DNA from: Kiritimatiellia bacterium
GTDB taxonomy: Bacteria; Verrucomicrobiota; Kiritimatiellia; JAAZAB01
Length of the DNA stretch: 57,738 nt
Direction: 5' to 3'
Assembly: GCA_040767085.1 (NCBI GenBank)
Contig: JAXGPF010000017.1
Location: forward strand, 1 to 57,738
Part shown: positions 20,907-31,386 of the stretch, piece after piece
Layout of the letters: every line of letters starts with the position of its first letter
Numbering within the stretch: position 1 is the stretch's first letter
Notes under the pieces: model-generated
Database searches by the model: none
The model's input: the letters and a program-made list of their open reading frames with translations, nothing else
What the model was told of the DNA's origin: nothing
Position numbers and translations under genes: made by a program

Positions 20907-21961
20907 AAATAATGATTACCGGCATTTGCGGTTTTGTCGGCAGTTCGCTGGCGCGCATCCTGCCGGAATTACTGCCCGGCCTGACGGTGACCGGCGTCGA
21001 CAACCTGCTACGGCCCGGCGCCCATCTCAACCGGAACGCACTGGCGGGCCGCGGTGTATCCTGCTTTTACGGCGACATCCGCGATCCAGCCGACCTGGAA
21101 AACCTGCCGCCGGCCGATTGGATCATTGACGCCGCCGCCTGCCCCAGCGTAATGGCGGGCGTGGATGGCCGCCTGGGCAGCCGGCAATTGCTGGGGCATA
21201 ACCTGGCGAGCACCGTCAACCTCCTGGAGCTGTGCCGGCGCTGGAATTGCGGATTGGCAATCCTGAGCACCAGCCGCGTTTATTCCATTGCTGCTCTGAC
21301 GCAACTGCCTTTGGAGACGCGGGCAACCCGCTTCGCGCTCGCCGCGGCCTCGGCCCGGCCCGCCGGCTTCAGTGAAGCCGGCCTGACTGAACAATTTTCC
21401 ACATCCCCGCCCATCTCGCTCTACGGCGCCTCCAAACTGGCATCGGAAATCCTGGCCCTGGAATACGGTGCGGCGTTCCGGTTCCCGGTGATCGTCAATC
21501 GTTGCGGAGTGCTGGCCGGCGCCGGGCAATTCGGCCGGGCCGACCAGGGCATCTTCGCCTACTGGATTCACGCTTCCCGCGAGGGCCGCCCGCTCCAATT
21601 CATCGGATTCGACGGCGCCGGCCGCCAAGTGCGGGATTGCCTGCATCCCCGCGACCTGGCCGCGCTGCTGGCCCGGCAAATGCAGCGTCCGCCGCAAGCG
21701 CCAGCCCCGTTCAACGTCAGCGGAGGCATGGCGAACAGCGCCTCCCTGGCCGAATTGGATACCTGGTGCCAAGGCCGCTTCGGCCGGCACACGGTGGCGG
21801 CCCAGCCGGCCAACCGGCCCTTCGATGTCCCCTGGCTGGTGCTGGACAGCGCCGCCGCCCGCCGGGAATGGGACTGGCAACCGGCCATCCGCCTGGAGGC
21901 CGTCTATACGGAAATCGCGGACTTCGCCGACCGCCATCCGGATTGGCTGGCGCAAACCTGA
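20903..21961 (+). CDS. NAD-dependent epimerase/dehydratase
   Basis: [31 protein letters not shown]-coupled to the upstream gene. Confidence 0.88.
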   Translation: MKIMITGICGFVGSSLARILPELLPGLTVTGVDNLLRPGAHLNRNALAGRGVSCFYGDIRDPADLENLPPADWIIDAAACPSVMAGVDGRLGSRQLLGHNLASTVNLLELCRRWNCGLAILSTSRVYSIAALTQLPLETRATRFALAAASARPAGFSEAGLTEQFSTSPPISLYGASKLASEILALEYGAAFRFPVIVNRCGVLAGAGQFGRADQGIFAYWIHASREGRPLQFIGFDGAGRQVRDCLHPRDLAALLARQMQRPPQAPAPFNVSGGMANSASLAELDTWCQGRFGRHTVAAQPANRPFDVPWLVLDSAAARREWDWQPAIRLEAVYTEIADFADRHPDWLAQT

Positions 21962-22012
21962 ATCAATCTTCAAACCGTGAACCATCCAACCGCGAACCCG
22001 GGTAGCCTCGCC

Positions 22013-23011
22013 ATGCAAATCATTTACGCGCGCTATAACCGGCACCGGCGCCCCGCCTTCCAGACTGCCACGCTCATCGTCCGGGAAGGCGGCCGGCAAT
22101 ATGTCGTCAAGCAGGCGCTGACGCCGGAAGCTCGCGCCCACCTGGCGCAGCTGCGCCAGACCCAACAATTGCTGGCACAATGCCGCGCCGCGCCGGAAGC
22201 GGCCTTCCCCGCGCTGCTGGAAGACCGCTGCACGCCCGACGCCCTGGCTTTTGAATACATTGACGGGGTCAGCCTGGACCGGATTCTCTGGCAGGCATGG
22301 CGCGCCGGGGATAAGCCGGCCTTCCGGGAAGCGCTCGACGGCTACCGCCAACTGTTAGCCGGGGCTTTCGGCGCGCAACCGCGGCCGGTGATCACGCCGG
22401 AACTCCGCGCGATTTTCGGGGATAACCTGGCCGCCCGTCTGGGCGCGCGCGGCCCATGCAGCGGCCTGGCCTTCATTGATCCGGTATTCGAAAACGTGCT
22501 CTGCCGCGGAACCGGACGGGTGTTCATCGACAACGAATGGGTGCTGCCCGGCGCCCTGCCCGTGGATTTCGCCCTGCACCGCGCCTTGTATTATTTATTC
22601 AAGGTGAAATACGCGCAACACCGCATCGAAGACTTTGTCAGCCTGGAGGAAATCCTGGCGCATTTCAAGATGACGGAAGCCGATGCGGCTGTATATCGCG
22701 CGCTGGATGAGCGTTTCCAGGCTTATGTCTTCGGGGACGATCGCAGCTCCGCTTACCTCGACCGTTACGCGCGTTACGCGCATGTTTCGATTGCATCGCT
22801 CGAACAGACCATATCCCACCAGCGCCAGGTCATCCGCGATTTGAACGGGCAGCTTGCCGCCATAATCAACACCCCGGGGTGGCGCATGCTGGAAAAACTG
22901 CGGCGCGCGGCGGACCGGCTGGCGCCGGCGGGTAGCCGGCGGGCCGGGTTGGGAAAAGCGTTTTGGCGCAGGCTATGGCAGCCGCGCCGGCCGGCCGGAC
23001 CGCCGGCTTGA
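22013..23011 (+). CDS. Hypothetical protein, kinase-like domain plus short coiled coil (glycan-locus associated)
   Basis: VVKQ, FEYIDG, DPVFENV, FIDNEW; C-terminal heptad-like segment and INTPGWRMLEKLRR. Confidence 0.6.
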   Translation: MQIIYARYNRHRRPAFQTATLIVREGGRQYVVKQALTPEARAHLAQLRQTQQLLAQCRAAPEAAFPALLEDRCTPDALAFEYIDGVSLDRILWQAWRAGDKPAFREALDGYRQLLAGAFGAQPRPVITPELRAIFGDNLAARLGARGPCSGLAFIDPVFENVLCRGTGRVFIDNEWVLPGALPVDFALHRALYYLFKVKYAQHRIEDFVSLEEILAHFKMTEADAAVYRALDERFQAYVFGDDRSSAYLDRYARYAHVSIASLEQTISHQRQVIRDLNGQLAAIINTPGWRMLEKLRRAADRLAPAGSRRAGLGKAFWRRLWQPRRPAGPPA

Positions 23012-23027
23012 TGCCTGGTCGCCGGCG

Positions 23028-23993
23028 TCACTCGCCGGCGCCGCCGGCCTCGCGCATCTTGGCGTAATACGGATAGGCGGCGCGCGGCAGACCGGGCGCC
23101 ACATGTTTCCACCGCTTGTACATCCAAAGCCATTGGTCGGGATGCCGGCGGATTTCCGCCTCGAACAGGGCGGCGATGCGCTGGGTCGTCGCGCGCCGCA
23201 CCGCCTCCACGTCTTCGCCCGGCGCCCGCCACACGCACCAGAACGGCAGGGTGTAAAGATTATAATAACCGCCCGGTGCCACCTTGCAGAAAACCATGGT
23301 GATGGATGTTCCCGTGCGTTCGGCCAGGACGGCGGCGGCGTTGGACATGGGAATCGGCAAGCCGAAGAAATCCACGAAAATCCCGCCATCCTCCTGCTTC
23401 ACGTTCTGGTCCAGGAGGAGGGCCACATTGCCGCCCGCGCGCAAGGTGCGCAGCAACTGCCGCACGGCGCCCTGCTTGGGAATGATCCGCACGCCGCCAG
23501 CCGCCCGGAACCTGAGAAAGGAGTCATCCACGGCCGGGTTGGCCAGCGGCGCGGCCACCGCCGTCACCGGCACGCCATCCATCGCCAGGGCCTGTGCCAG
23601 CAATTCCCAATTGCCGAAATGCGCCGTGACGCCGATGGTGGGAAAACGGCGCAACCCTTCGCGCAGCCAAGGATCCACCCGGACATATTTCCGCAAACGC
23701 GCGGCGGTATCGCGTGAAAACCAGAAAAAATCCAGGAACACCAGGGCGAAATTGCGGAAGGATGCCTGCGCCAGGCGCCGGCATTCGGCCGGCGGCAAAG
23801 CGCCCTGGAACGCCAGGGCCAGGTTGGTTAAGGCCAGGCGCCGCAATCCCGGCGCGAGCCAGTAGGCCAGCCAGCCGCCGATTGCCGCCAGTCCGCGCAC
23901 CGCGACGCGCGGCAAACGCGGCGCCACGGCCATGCCCAGCTTGACCAGGATGATTTCCAACCGGAATCGCAGTTTACGGAGCAAGGGGTGCAT
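23028..23993 (-). CDS. Lipid A biosynthesis acyltransferase (LpxL/HtrB family)
   Basis: HFGNWE, LLDQ, FVDFFG, PDQWLWMYKRWK. Confidence 0.9.
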   Translation of the reverse strand: MHPLLRKLRFRLEIILVKLGMAVAPRLPRVAVRGLAAIGGWLAYWLAPGLRRLALTNLALAFQGALPPAECRRLAQASFRNFALVFLDFFWFSRDTAARLRKYVRVDPWLREGLRRFPTIGVTAHFGNWELLAQALAMDGVPVTAVAAPLANPAVDDSFLRFRAAGGVRIIPKQGAVRQLLRTLRAGGNVALLLDQNVKQEDGGIFVDFFGLPIPMSNAAAVLAERTGTSITMVFCKVAPGGYYNLYTLPFWCVWRAPGEDVEAVRRATTQRIAALFEAEIRRHPDQWLWMYKRWKHVAPGLPRAAYPYYAKMREAGGAGE

Positions 23994-24051
23994 GGCATCC
24001 AGATCGCTGAAAGCGGGCACGGGGGCAAGGCCAACCAGCGGGCATGCCGGA

Positions 24052-24124
24052 TGAGCCGGGCGGGACTCGAACCCGCGACCACAGCATTAAAAGTGCCGTG
24101 CTCTACCAACTGAGCTACCGGCCC
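24052..24124 (-). tRNA. tRNA-Lys(TTT)
   Basis: GGGCCGGTAGCTCAGTTGGTAGAGCA, anticodon loop CT-TTT-AA, GGTTCGAGTCC; CCA not encoded. Confidence 0.95.
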
Positions 24125-24144
24125 ATGTCCATTCAAAAGAATAA

Positions 24145-24212
24145 ACACTATTGAAAAACACCGGCTTTGTCAAACGCAAAAAACTTGACATGTTCCGGAT
24201 ATCCGGTATGTT
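24145..24212. promoter_or_regulatory. Back-to-back sigma70-like promoters (tRNA-Lys on -, mfpsA-like gene on +)
   Basis: Minus: TTGACA-17-TAGTGT (24173 to 24145); plus: TTGACA-16-TATGTT (24185-24212) with palindrome ccggatatccgg in the spacer. Confidence 0.5.
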
Positions 24213-24458
24213 AAGCAAACATGCGGCACGGCATTCGTTTGCGTGAATGCAGCGCCCGGCGGTTTTTGAATGCATCCCTGCCGCCGGCATGCCGCGCACC
24301 CGTTGAGGTTCAGCGGTAAACACGCCCGGGCTTGAGTATGCACGTCCGGATAACGCTTGCAGGCATTCACGGTTTTCCGCCGCGGATCAGGCTGAATCAG
24401 TCCCCGGCCGGACCGGCAACCGCAATTGAAACGCAAATCGAAATAGGAGGTATACGCC

Positions 24459-25760
24459 ATGCCCGGCAAACGCACCCACAGAATCATGATGATTTCCACC
24501 CACGGTTATGTCGCCGCCAACGCCGGTTTCGGCAAGCCTGACACCGGCGGACAGGTGGTTTTCGTGCTGGAACTGAGCAAAAGTCTGAGTCGCCTCGGAT
24601 ACCAGGTGGACATTTTTACCCGCCGCTTTGAAGACCAGCCGGCGGAGGAAAAAGTCGCCGAACGCGTCCGGATCATCCGCATTCCTTGCGGCGGCAACGA
24701 TTTTATTCCCAAGGAATACTTATGCGAAGCCATTCCGGAATGGACGTTGAACACGGAAAATTTCATCAAGAAACATCATTTGCGTTATCAATTCATCAAC
24801 AGCCACTACTGGGACGCCGGCTTGGCCGGCCAGGCCCTGGCTAACAAAATGGCCTTGCCGCACATTCATACACCGCACTCGCTGGGGGCCTGGAAACGCG
24901 ATAACATGTCCGGCACGCCCGCCGAACTGGAAAATTTATACAATTTCAAACAGCGCATCCGCGAGGAAAAGATTATTTATGACGAGTGCGATATTGTCGT
25001 GGCCACTACTCCCAGCCAGCGCAAGATTCTGACCGCCTGTTACGATTTGGCGCCGGAAAAAATCCATATCATCCCCCCCGGCTACGATGACACCCGCTTC
25101 TTCCCGGTTTCCACCGCCCAACGCGCCGCGATCAAGCGGGAAAACCACCTGGAAGGACGCATCGTGATGGCCATCGGACGCATCGCCGCCAACAAGGGCT
25201 ATGACCTGCTGATCCGCGCCATGCGCCATGTAATTCAGCGTTTGCCGGACACCCGCTTGATCCTGGCGATCGGCTCGCATACGCCGACGGCCGATGAAAT
25301 GCCGCTGCTGGATGAACTCAAACAACTGGCGCAGGAACTGCACATTGCCGACCAAGTGGTGTTTTCGCACAAATGGATTCCCGACGAGGAATTGCCGGAT
25401 TATTACCGCGCCGCCGATGTATTTGCCCTCAGCAGCCGCTACGAGCCGGTCGGCATGACGGCCATCGAAGCCATGGCCTGCGGCACGCCGACGGTTATTA
25501 CCACCGAAGGCGGCCTGCGGGAACTGATCACCTGGGGGTTGGAGAGCGTGTATGCGCCGCCGGAAGATGACGCGGCCTTCGGCCTGGCCATTGCTGCGAT
25601 TTTGCGCGAGCCGCGGATTGCCGCGCAATTATCGCGTTATGGCTCCTACAAAGCCCGCGCGGCTTTCACCTGGATGGGCATTGCCCAAAAAACCCTGAAC
25701 ATCCTGCAAACCCGTCCGGAACGCATCCGGCCGGAATTGGCGCCCCCGGCCAGTGTTTGA
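24459..25760 (+). CDS. mfpsA: GT4 glycosyltransferase, mannosylfructose-phosphate/sucrose-phosphate synthase family
   Basis: ISTHGYV, DTGGQVVFVLEL, RIPCGGNDFIPKEYL, NSHYWDAG, HTPHSLG, SRYEPVGMTAIEAMACG; AGGAGG RBS. Confidence 0.82.
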   Translation: MPGKRTHRIMMISTHGYVAANAGFGKPDTGGQVVFVLELSKSLSRLGYQVDIFTRRFEDQPAEEKVAERVRIIRIPCGGNDFIPKEYLCEAIPEWTLNTENFIKKHHLRYQFINSHYWDAGLAGQALANKMALPHIHTPHSLGAWKRDNMSGTPAELENLYNFKQRIREEKIIYDECDIVVATTPSQRKILTACYDLAPEKIHIIPPGYDDTRFFPVSTAQRAAIKRENHLEGRIVMAIGRIAANKGYDLLIRAMRHVIQRLPDTRLILAIGSHTPTADEMPLLDELKQLAQELHIADQVVFSHKWIPDEELPDYYRAADVFALSSRYEPVGMTAIEAMACGTPTVITTEGGLRELITWGLESVYAPPEDDAAFGLAIAAILREPRIAAQLSRYGSYKARAAFTWMGIAQKTLNILQTRPERIRPELAPPASV

Positions 25761-25814
25761 ACGGCGCGCCGCAAATCCAGAGCCGGCGCGCGGGGGCGCG
25801 CCGGCCGCCGGCCA

Positions 25815-26642
25815 TCAGGCGGTTGTTTCCGGCGGCATAACGCCGAAATGAATCAATCCTTCGATGATGCCCGCAGCGTAGTAACCGCTCAAGCCAAAGG
25901 CGCCGCGGGCGCAATACAGCCGATCCCCGCGCCCTTGCTGCGCCAGCGTCCGCCGGAGAGTTTTGCGCACATCATCCCGCGCATTGCGGACCAGGATTGA
26001 CCGGCAACCGCTGGCCAGCGGCGCAAGATCATTGCCCGAATCGCCCGCATAAACCACATCTGCCAACGCCAGACCATAAATGCGCCGCACATATTCCAGC
26101 CCGGCGAGTTTGCCGGCGGCGCGCGGCAGAATATCCAGCAATCCCAGGCGCCGGGGTTCATCCACGCTGTAAATCGCGCGCGCTGCCGGGCAAATCACCG
26201 ACAAGCGGGCGCGCACGGCCTCCACCCGCGCATCCGACGGCTGTGGTTGTTCGAGGAAATAACTTATTTTAAACGGATTCTGATATGCCGCCGGCTGCGG
26301 ACGCAGGCGGGCGCACTTCCGCAACTCGCGGTCAAGCCGCGCCCGATTCCATCCGGGAGCGCCGGCCCGCACCAGTTCCACCCAAGCGGCCTCGGGCCGG
26401 AACTGCCGGTTCGATACACGGTAAATACGTGTGCCGACCTCGCAAACGGCATACGCCGGAAAAGGCGCGGCATATTCCCGAATGCCTGCCGCTGTTTCGC
26501 GTGCATGGCGCCCGGTAACATAAACCAGGATAATGTCAGGGCGCGCTTCCAGGAACCGCCGCAGCCGCGGCAGCGATCCGTCGTCCGGCTGCAATCCGTT
26601 GGGAAACAGCGTCCGATCCAAATCCGTCGCCAAAATCAACAT
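25815..26642 (-). CDS. HAD-IIB hydrolase, sucrose/mannosylfructose-phosphate phosphatase-like
   Basis: LATDLDRTL, YVTGR, LDILP..AGK, AGDSGND. Confidence 0.85.
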   Translation of the reverse strand: MLILATDLDRTLFPNGLQPDDGSLPRLRRFLEARPDIILVYVTGRHARETAAGIREYAAPFPAYAVCEVGTRIYRVSNRQFRPEAAWVELVRAGAPGWNRARLDRELRKCARLRPQPAAYQNPFKISYFLEQPQPSDARVEAVRARLSVICPAARAIYSVDEPRRLGLLDILPRAAGKLAGLEYVRRIYGLALADVVYAGDSGNDLAPLASGCRSILVRNARDDVRKTLRRTLAQQGRGDRLYCARGAFGLSGYYAAGIIEGLIHFGVMPPETTA

Positions 26643-26762
26643 TTTCGCCTCCCGCACTCCCCGCCCGTTGCCGCGGACGATGCCGGCCGGACCTGGCCTG
26701 CGCCCGGTGCTTGAGCGGCCCGGGGCCTGGCAGATCAAGCCATACCCAATCCCGTCCAAACC

Positions 26763-27602
26763 TCAACGTTTGATTCCCGCCGCTGCCATGCTCAACACCA
26801 GGTACCGCTGGCTGAAAGCGAAAATCAACACCATGGGAATCGTAGCCATGACGCTGTACGCCATGATTTCGCCCCATTGGATGGGCGGCAGGGTGTAATA
26901 ATGGCCCAACCCCAGTTGAATGGTTTGAAAGTCCGTGCGGTTGGTCATGATCAGGGGCCAGAGATATTCCGACCAATGAGCAATGAAATCCAGCACCGCG
27001 CAAGCCGCCAGCGCCGGCTTGGCCAGCGGCAGAGCCACGCGGAAAAAAATGCGGAACCAACTGGCGCCTTCCATGCGCGCCGCTTCCTCCAATTCCGCGG
27101 GCAACCCCAGGAAATACTGGCGCATCAAAAAAATATTAAAAGCCTTGGCCAGATAAGGCAGGAACAGGCCCGGCAAAGTATTCATCAACCCGCCGTGCAC
27201 GCCGAGCATCAAAAACAGCGGCACTGCCAGGGCTTCGAAAGGAATGATGATCAACGCCGCTACCAGGCCGAACAGCATCCCGCCCGCCGGCACGCGCAGC
27301 CGCGCGAAGGCGTAGGCGCAGGCAGCGTTGATAAACAGGCCCGCGCCCACGATGACACCGCTGAAAACCAGCGACACGCCGACCGTGCGGACAAAAGCCA
27401 CGCGCCGGAAAACGTTGGCGTAATTTTCCAGCCGCACCGGCCAGGGCAGAAACTGCCGCCAGGAGGTGATTTCACGCAAGACTTCGGCATGCGGCAGGAA
27501 AGAGGAGCGCAGCATCCATAATAAAGGAAACAGGAACACCGCGCCCGCGGCCAGGGCGGCCCCCGCCAGCGCCCATTGTTTGATCATCGCGCGGCCCTTC
27601 AT
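26763..27602 (-). CDS. Carbohydrate ABC transporter permease
   Basis: AYAFARL, LEEAARMEGAS EAA motif. Confidence 0.92.
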   Translation of the reverse strand: MKGRAMIKQWALAGAALAAGAVFLFPLLWMLRSSFLPHAEVLREITSWRQFLPWPVRLENYANVFRRVAFVRTVGVSLVFSGVIVGAGLFINAACAYAFARLRVPAGGMLFGLVAALIIIPFEALAVPLFLMLGVHGGLMNTLPGLFLPYLAKAFNIFLMRQYFLGLPAELEEAARMEGASWFRIFFRVALPLAKPALAACAVLDFIAHWSEYLWPLIMTNRTDFQTIQLGLGHYYTLPPIQWGEIMAYSVMATIPMVLIFAFSQRYLVLSMAAAGIKR

Positions 27603-28519
27603 GCCCGTTCCTCCCGCGGCAACAGGCGCCGCTGCAACAAACTGATTGCCAGCACTACCGCGAAAAAAACAACCGAAATCGCCGCGGCTTTGCCATAACG
27701 CAAATTAGTAAACGCTTCGTCGTAAAGCATCAGAATCAGGGTGCGGGTGGCGCCGCGCGGTCCGCCGCGGGTAATCAAATGCGGCTGGACAAACAGTTTG
27801 AAAGCAAAGACGGTGGTGACATATACCACAAAAATCATGGTGTTTTTCAGCAAAGGCAGGGTAATCCGGCGGAAACACTGCCAATGCCCCGCGTTTTCCA
27901 GGCGGGCGGCCTCGTACAACGCCGGCGGGATCGCCTGCATTCCCGCCAGAAAAATCATCATTTGAAAGCCCACGCCCTGCCAGACCGACATGGCGGCCAG
28001 GCAAAGCATGGCCTGCCGCGGACTGTCCAGGAAGGGCTGGGGCGGCAATCCCAGTTTTTGCAGCAGCGTGTTGAAAGCGCCCGCGCCGGGATTGAGCAAG
28101 AGCGACCACACCACCGCCAACACCGCCATGGACGTGACGACGGGCAGAAAAAAAGACACCCGCAGCATGCGCCGCCACACCCCCGACCCGTTCACTAACA
28201 CCGCCATAAAAAGCGCCAATCCCACCTGCAGCGGGGTCACCAGGATGACGAAATACAACGTGTTCAACATAGCGCGCCAGAAATCGCCGTCCTGAAACAA
28301 CTCGAGGTAATTGGCTGCGCCGACAAATTTTATATTATCCGGCTGCAACAGCGTCTGCACGGATTGGTTGGTAAAACTGCCGGCCAGCGCCAGCAGAAAC
28401 GGCGCCACCACGAAAACTGCCAGCAGCGTCAAGGCCGGCAATGACAGCCAAAGGCCGGCATGGCGGTCCAGCCAGCCGCCGAATCGCTGCCGCATTGTAG
28501 ATGGCTGGTCTTGAGGCAT
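27599..28519 (-). CDS. Carbohydrate ABC transporter permease
   Basis: FVGAANY, FFLPVV, LYEAARLENA EAA motif, TRGGP. Confidence 0.92.
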   Translation of the reverse strand: MPQDQPSTMRQRFGGWLDRHAGLWLSLPALTLLAVFVVAPFLLALAGSFTNQSVQTLLQPDNIKFVGAANYLELFQDGDFWRAMLNTLYFVILVTPLQVGLALFMAVLVNGSGVWRRMLRVSFFLPVVTSMAVLAVVWSLLLNPGAGAFNTLLQKLGLPPQPFLDSPRQAMLCLAAMSVWQGVGFQMMIFLAGMQAIPPALYEAARLENAGHWQCFRRITLPLLKNTMIFVVYVTTVFAFKLFVQPHLITRGGPRGATRTLILMLYDEAFTNLRYGKAAAISVVFFAVVLAISLLQRRLLPREERA

Positions 28520-28535
28520 CCTGCTTCTCCGCCGC

Positions 28536-29783
28536 TCACGGCAATGCGGCTAAAACAGCGTCAATCCGCCGGGCCGCGGCGTCCAGCGCGGGTTGCACGT
28601 CCGCGCCGCGGGCGATGTCATTCAGCGCGCGCGACAATTCCATGGATAAAGTGCCGTAGGCCGGGGTGACCGGCCGCGCCCGGGCCGTCTGCTGCAATTG
28701 GGCGACGAACAAGCCGCGCGTAGCCTGGTAATCCGGCATCTCCGGCAAGGCTGCCAGCCGCGCCGGTATGCCGCCGTTGGCCCGGCAGAGCAATGGTATG
28801 CCCGCGCGCGCATCCAGTAACGCCTGTAAAACCACAGATGCCGCTGCCGGATCGCGGCAGGCGGAGGTAATGCCCCAGCACCAGGACCCGCTCGGCGATA
28901 CCGACCGGCGCAAGCCGGGATACGGGCTCATGCCGAAATCAATCCCGGCAGCGCGGTAGATCGGCCAGCGGTTGAACACACCCCAGGCCATGGCGGCTTC
29001 GCCGCGCGCGAATTTTCCCGGCGCGGCGTTGGCATCGGCCAGGCCGCGCAGGAATAACTGCTGCCAGGCTTGTATGGCCGCCACAGCCGCCGGGCCGTTG
29101 ACGAATCCCGAGGCGCGCCGGCCATCCTGGGAAAGCACCCGGCCGTCATTCGCCCAAATCAGCGGCATGAAGGCATAAGACAGCCATTCCCCGCCCCAGG
29201 TCAAGAAAGTTTCCAGCGGCAAAACATCCGGGAAACGCCGGTTAATTTCTTCCAAGGCCGCCGTGAACTCCTCCCACGTCCAGGCAGCCGCGGGCGCGGC
29301 CGGCGGCCGGATGCCGCAAGCTTCCAGGCGGGCGCGGTCGTAAAACAACAAGACCGTGGACTCGAACGCGCCCAGCGTGAAAAGTTCCTCGCGGTAAGAG
29401 CCCTGGGCGATGACTGTCGGCAGAAAATCCTGAAGATAGCCCTCCGGCACCAAATCGCCCAGCGGGCGCAGCACTCCCAACGCGGCAAAATGCGCTGTAT
29501 AAGGCCCGTCCACCTCCAACAGATCGGGCAATTCGCGGGCGATGGCGGCGGCATTGACGCGGTCGCCGTAGCCTTGCTCCTGCTTGAAGGATAACTGCGC
29601 GCGGATATTGGTCTGGCGCCGGTTAAAGGCCTCCACCAATGCCTGCAAGGCCTGTTTTTCCGCCGGCTGGCCTTCGTGGGCCCAAAGCGTGACGGACTTG
29701 CGTTCACCGTCTTGATCCGGCGCCCGCGATCCGCAACCCGTGCCAAACATGCATGCCAGTAAAATTAAAACCGCCCATCGCAT
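28536..29783 (-). CDS. Sugar ABC transporter substrate-binding lipoprotein
   Basis: Signal peptide with FGTGC lipobox, LPDLLEVDGP, WTWEEF. Confidence 0.88.
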   Translation of the reverse strand: MRWAVLILLACMFGTGCGSRAPDQDGERKSVTLWAHEGQPAEKQALQALVEAFNRRQTNIRAQLSFKQEQGYGDRVNAAAIARELPDLLEVDGPYTAHFAALGVLRPLGDLVPEGYLQDFLPTVIAQGSYREELFTLGAFESTVLLFYDRARLEACGIRPPAAPAAAWTWEEFTAALEEINRRFPDVLPLETFLTWGGEWLSYAFMPLIWANDGRVLSQDGRRASGFVNGPAAVAAIQAWQQLFLRGLADANAAPGKFARGEAAMAWGVFNRWPIYRAAGIDFGMSPYPGLRRSVSPSGSWCWGITSACRDPAAASVVLQALLDARAGIPLLCRANGGIPARLAALPEMPDYQATRGLFVAQLQQTARARPVTPAYGTLSMELSRALNDIARGADVQPALDAAARRIDAVLAALP

Positions 29784-29877
29784 GGACTGCTCCTTTCTAT
29801 ATGCCTGCGCCAATTTCAAAACTAACATTTTGAAAGAATTCGGATTTATCTTAACCACATAAAACCCCGTCACGGAT

Positions 29878-30987
29878 TCAGGATATATACTCCGCGCGGA
29901 TGCGCCGTCCGTCTTCGCCGAAAAAGTGCAGAGCCTGGCGGGTGCAGTGAAAATCCATGACGGCGCCCGGCGCCGGCTGTTGCTCCGCCGTCAGGCGGGC
30001 TGCCAGCCTTTGATTCTGCCAGCGGAAATGGACATGCGCATCCGCGCCCGTCATTTCCACCAATTCCACCGTGCCGCGCAACGCAAAAGCATCCGGACCA
30101 GGCCCGCCGCCGGCGCATATCTTTTCCGGGCGCACACCAACGGCCGCCGGCATCTCCGGCAGGTCGCGCGGCAAATCCGGAAAGTTGATCCGCAGGGGCG
30201 CCGGCGGGGACGCGCCCCAGGCAAACTGGAACGCGCCGCCGGCGCCGGAAAGCCGGCCGCGGATGATGTTCATCGGCGGCGCGCCGAAAAAAGCGGCAAC
30301 GAACAGGTTGGCCGGCGCATTATAAATCTCATCCGCCCGGGCGATTTGCTGGATCGCGCCATCCTTGATGACGCAGATGCGGTCGCCCAGGGTCATCGCC
30401 TCGATCTGGTCGTGCGTCACGTACAGGGTAGTGGCCGGAAACCGGGCGTGGAGGCGCAGTAACTCGGCGCGCATGTCGCCGCGCAGACGCGCATCCAGGT
30501 TTGAGAGCGGTTCGTCGAACAGGAAGACGTCCGGCCGGCGCACCAGGGCCCGGCCAAGCGCAACGCGCTGGCACTGCCCGCCGGAAAGCTGGGCCGGACG
30601 CTTCTCCAAAAACGCCTCCAGTTCCAGGATGCGCGCCGCTTCCGCGACGCGCCGGCGGATTTCATCCCGCGGCACGCGCCTGATCCGCATGCCGAAAGCG
30701 ATATTTTCAAAAACCGTCAAATGCGGCAGGAGCGCATAACTTTGGAAAACCATGGCGGCGTTCCGCCGGCCGGGCGGCAAACGGTTCACCAGACGGCCGC
30801 CGATGCGGATTTTTCCGGACGAAACCTGTTCCAAGCCGGCCACGATGCGCAGCAGAGTTGATTTGCCGCAACCCGATGGGCCCACCACCACGAAAAATTC
30901 GCCATCGGCAATGTGCAGCGAGACATCCCGCAAAACCGTTTGCTTGCCGAAGCGCTTCCATAGACTGTCAATCCGGATATCCGCCAT
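29878..30987 (-). CDS. Sugar ABC transporter ATP-binding protein (MalK/UgpC family)
   Basis: GPSGCGKST, VFQSYAL, LSGGQ, FDEPLSNLD, YVTHDQ. Confidence 0.95.
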   Translation of the reverse strand: MADIRIDSLWKRFGKQTVLRDVSLHIADGEFFVVVGPSGCGKSTLLRIVAGLEQVSSGKIRIGGRLVNRLPPGRRNAAMVFQSYALLPHLTVFENIAFGMRIRRVPRDEIRRRVAEAARILELEAFLEKRPAQLSGGQCQRVALGRALVRRPDVFLFDEPLSNLDARLRGDMRAELLRLHARFPATTLYVTHDQIEAMTLGDRICVIKDGAIQQIARADEIYNAPANLFVAAFFGAPPMNIIRGRLSGAGGAFQFAWGASPPAPLRINFPDLPRDLPEMPAAVGVRPEKICAGGGPGPDAFALRGTVELVEMTGADAHVHFRWQNQRLAARLTAEQQPAPGAVMDFHCTRQALHFFGEDGRRIRAEYIS

Positions 30988-31386
30988 TATACCAACACCT
31001 GCCGCGATTCACACATCAGTTGCAGCCCCATCCATCGCCGGGCATGATTTGTTTACCTGATTTTTGCACCGCGTAAGTTTGGCACGGGGCAAGGCGGCAA
31101 GGGTGATGGTGTATTCTTATACATGGAACCCTTGCCAACGCTGCACCGCGCCAAAATCGCGCGGCTGGCTGCCCGAGAATATTGGCGTTTTCTGAAACTA
31201 TACGCGTGTAACCACATGGGTGACGTTAAGTAACCGTGCAAATTTTAATTTACACGCTCTATAATTGCTTCAAATCAATTAAACGCCAATATTCGTGCAA
31301 AATTCAGGATTTAACATAACGTTTTAAAGGCAGCCTGTCCAGCAATTCCGGAAATTCCGGAAATTTGGGCAAAATAACGCAAAAAA

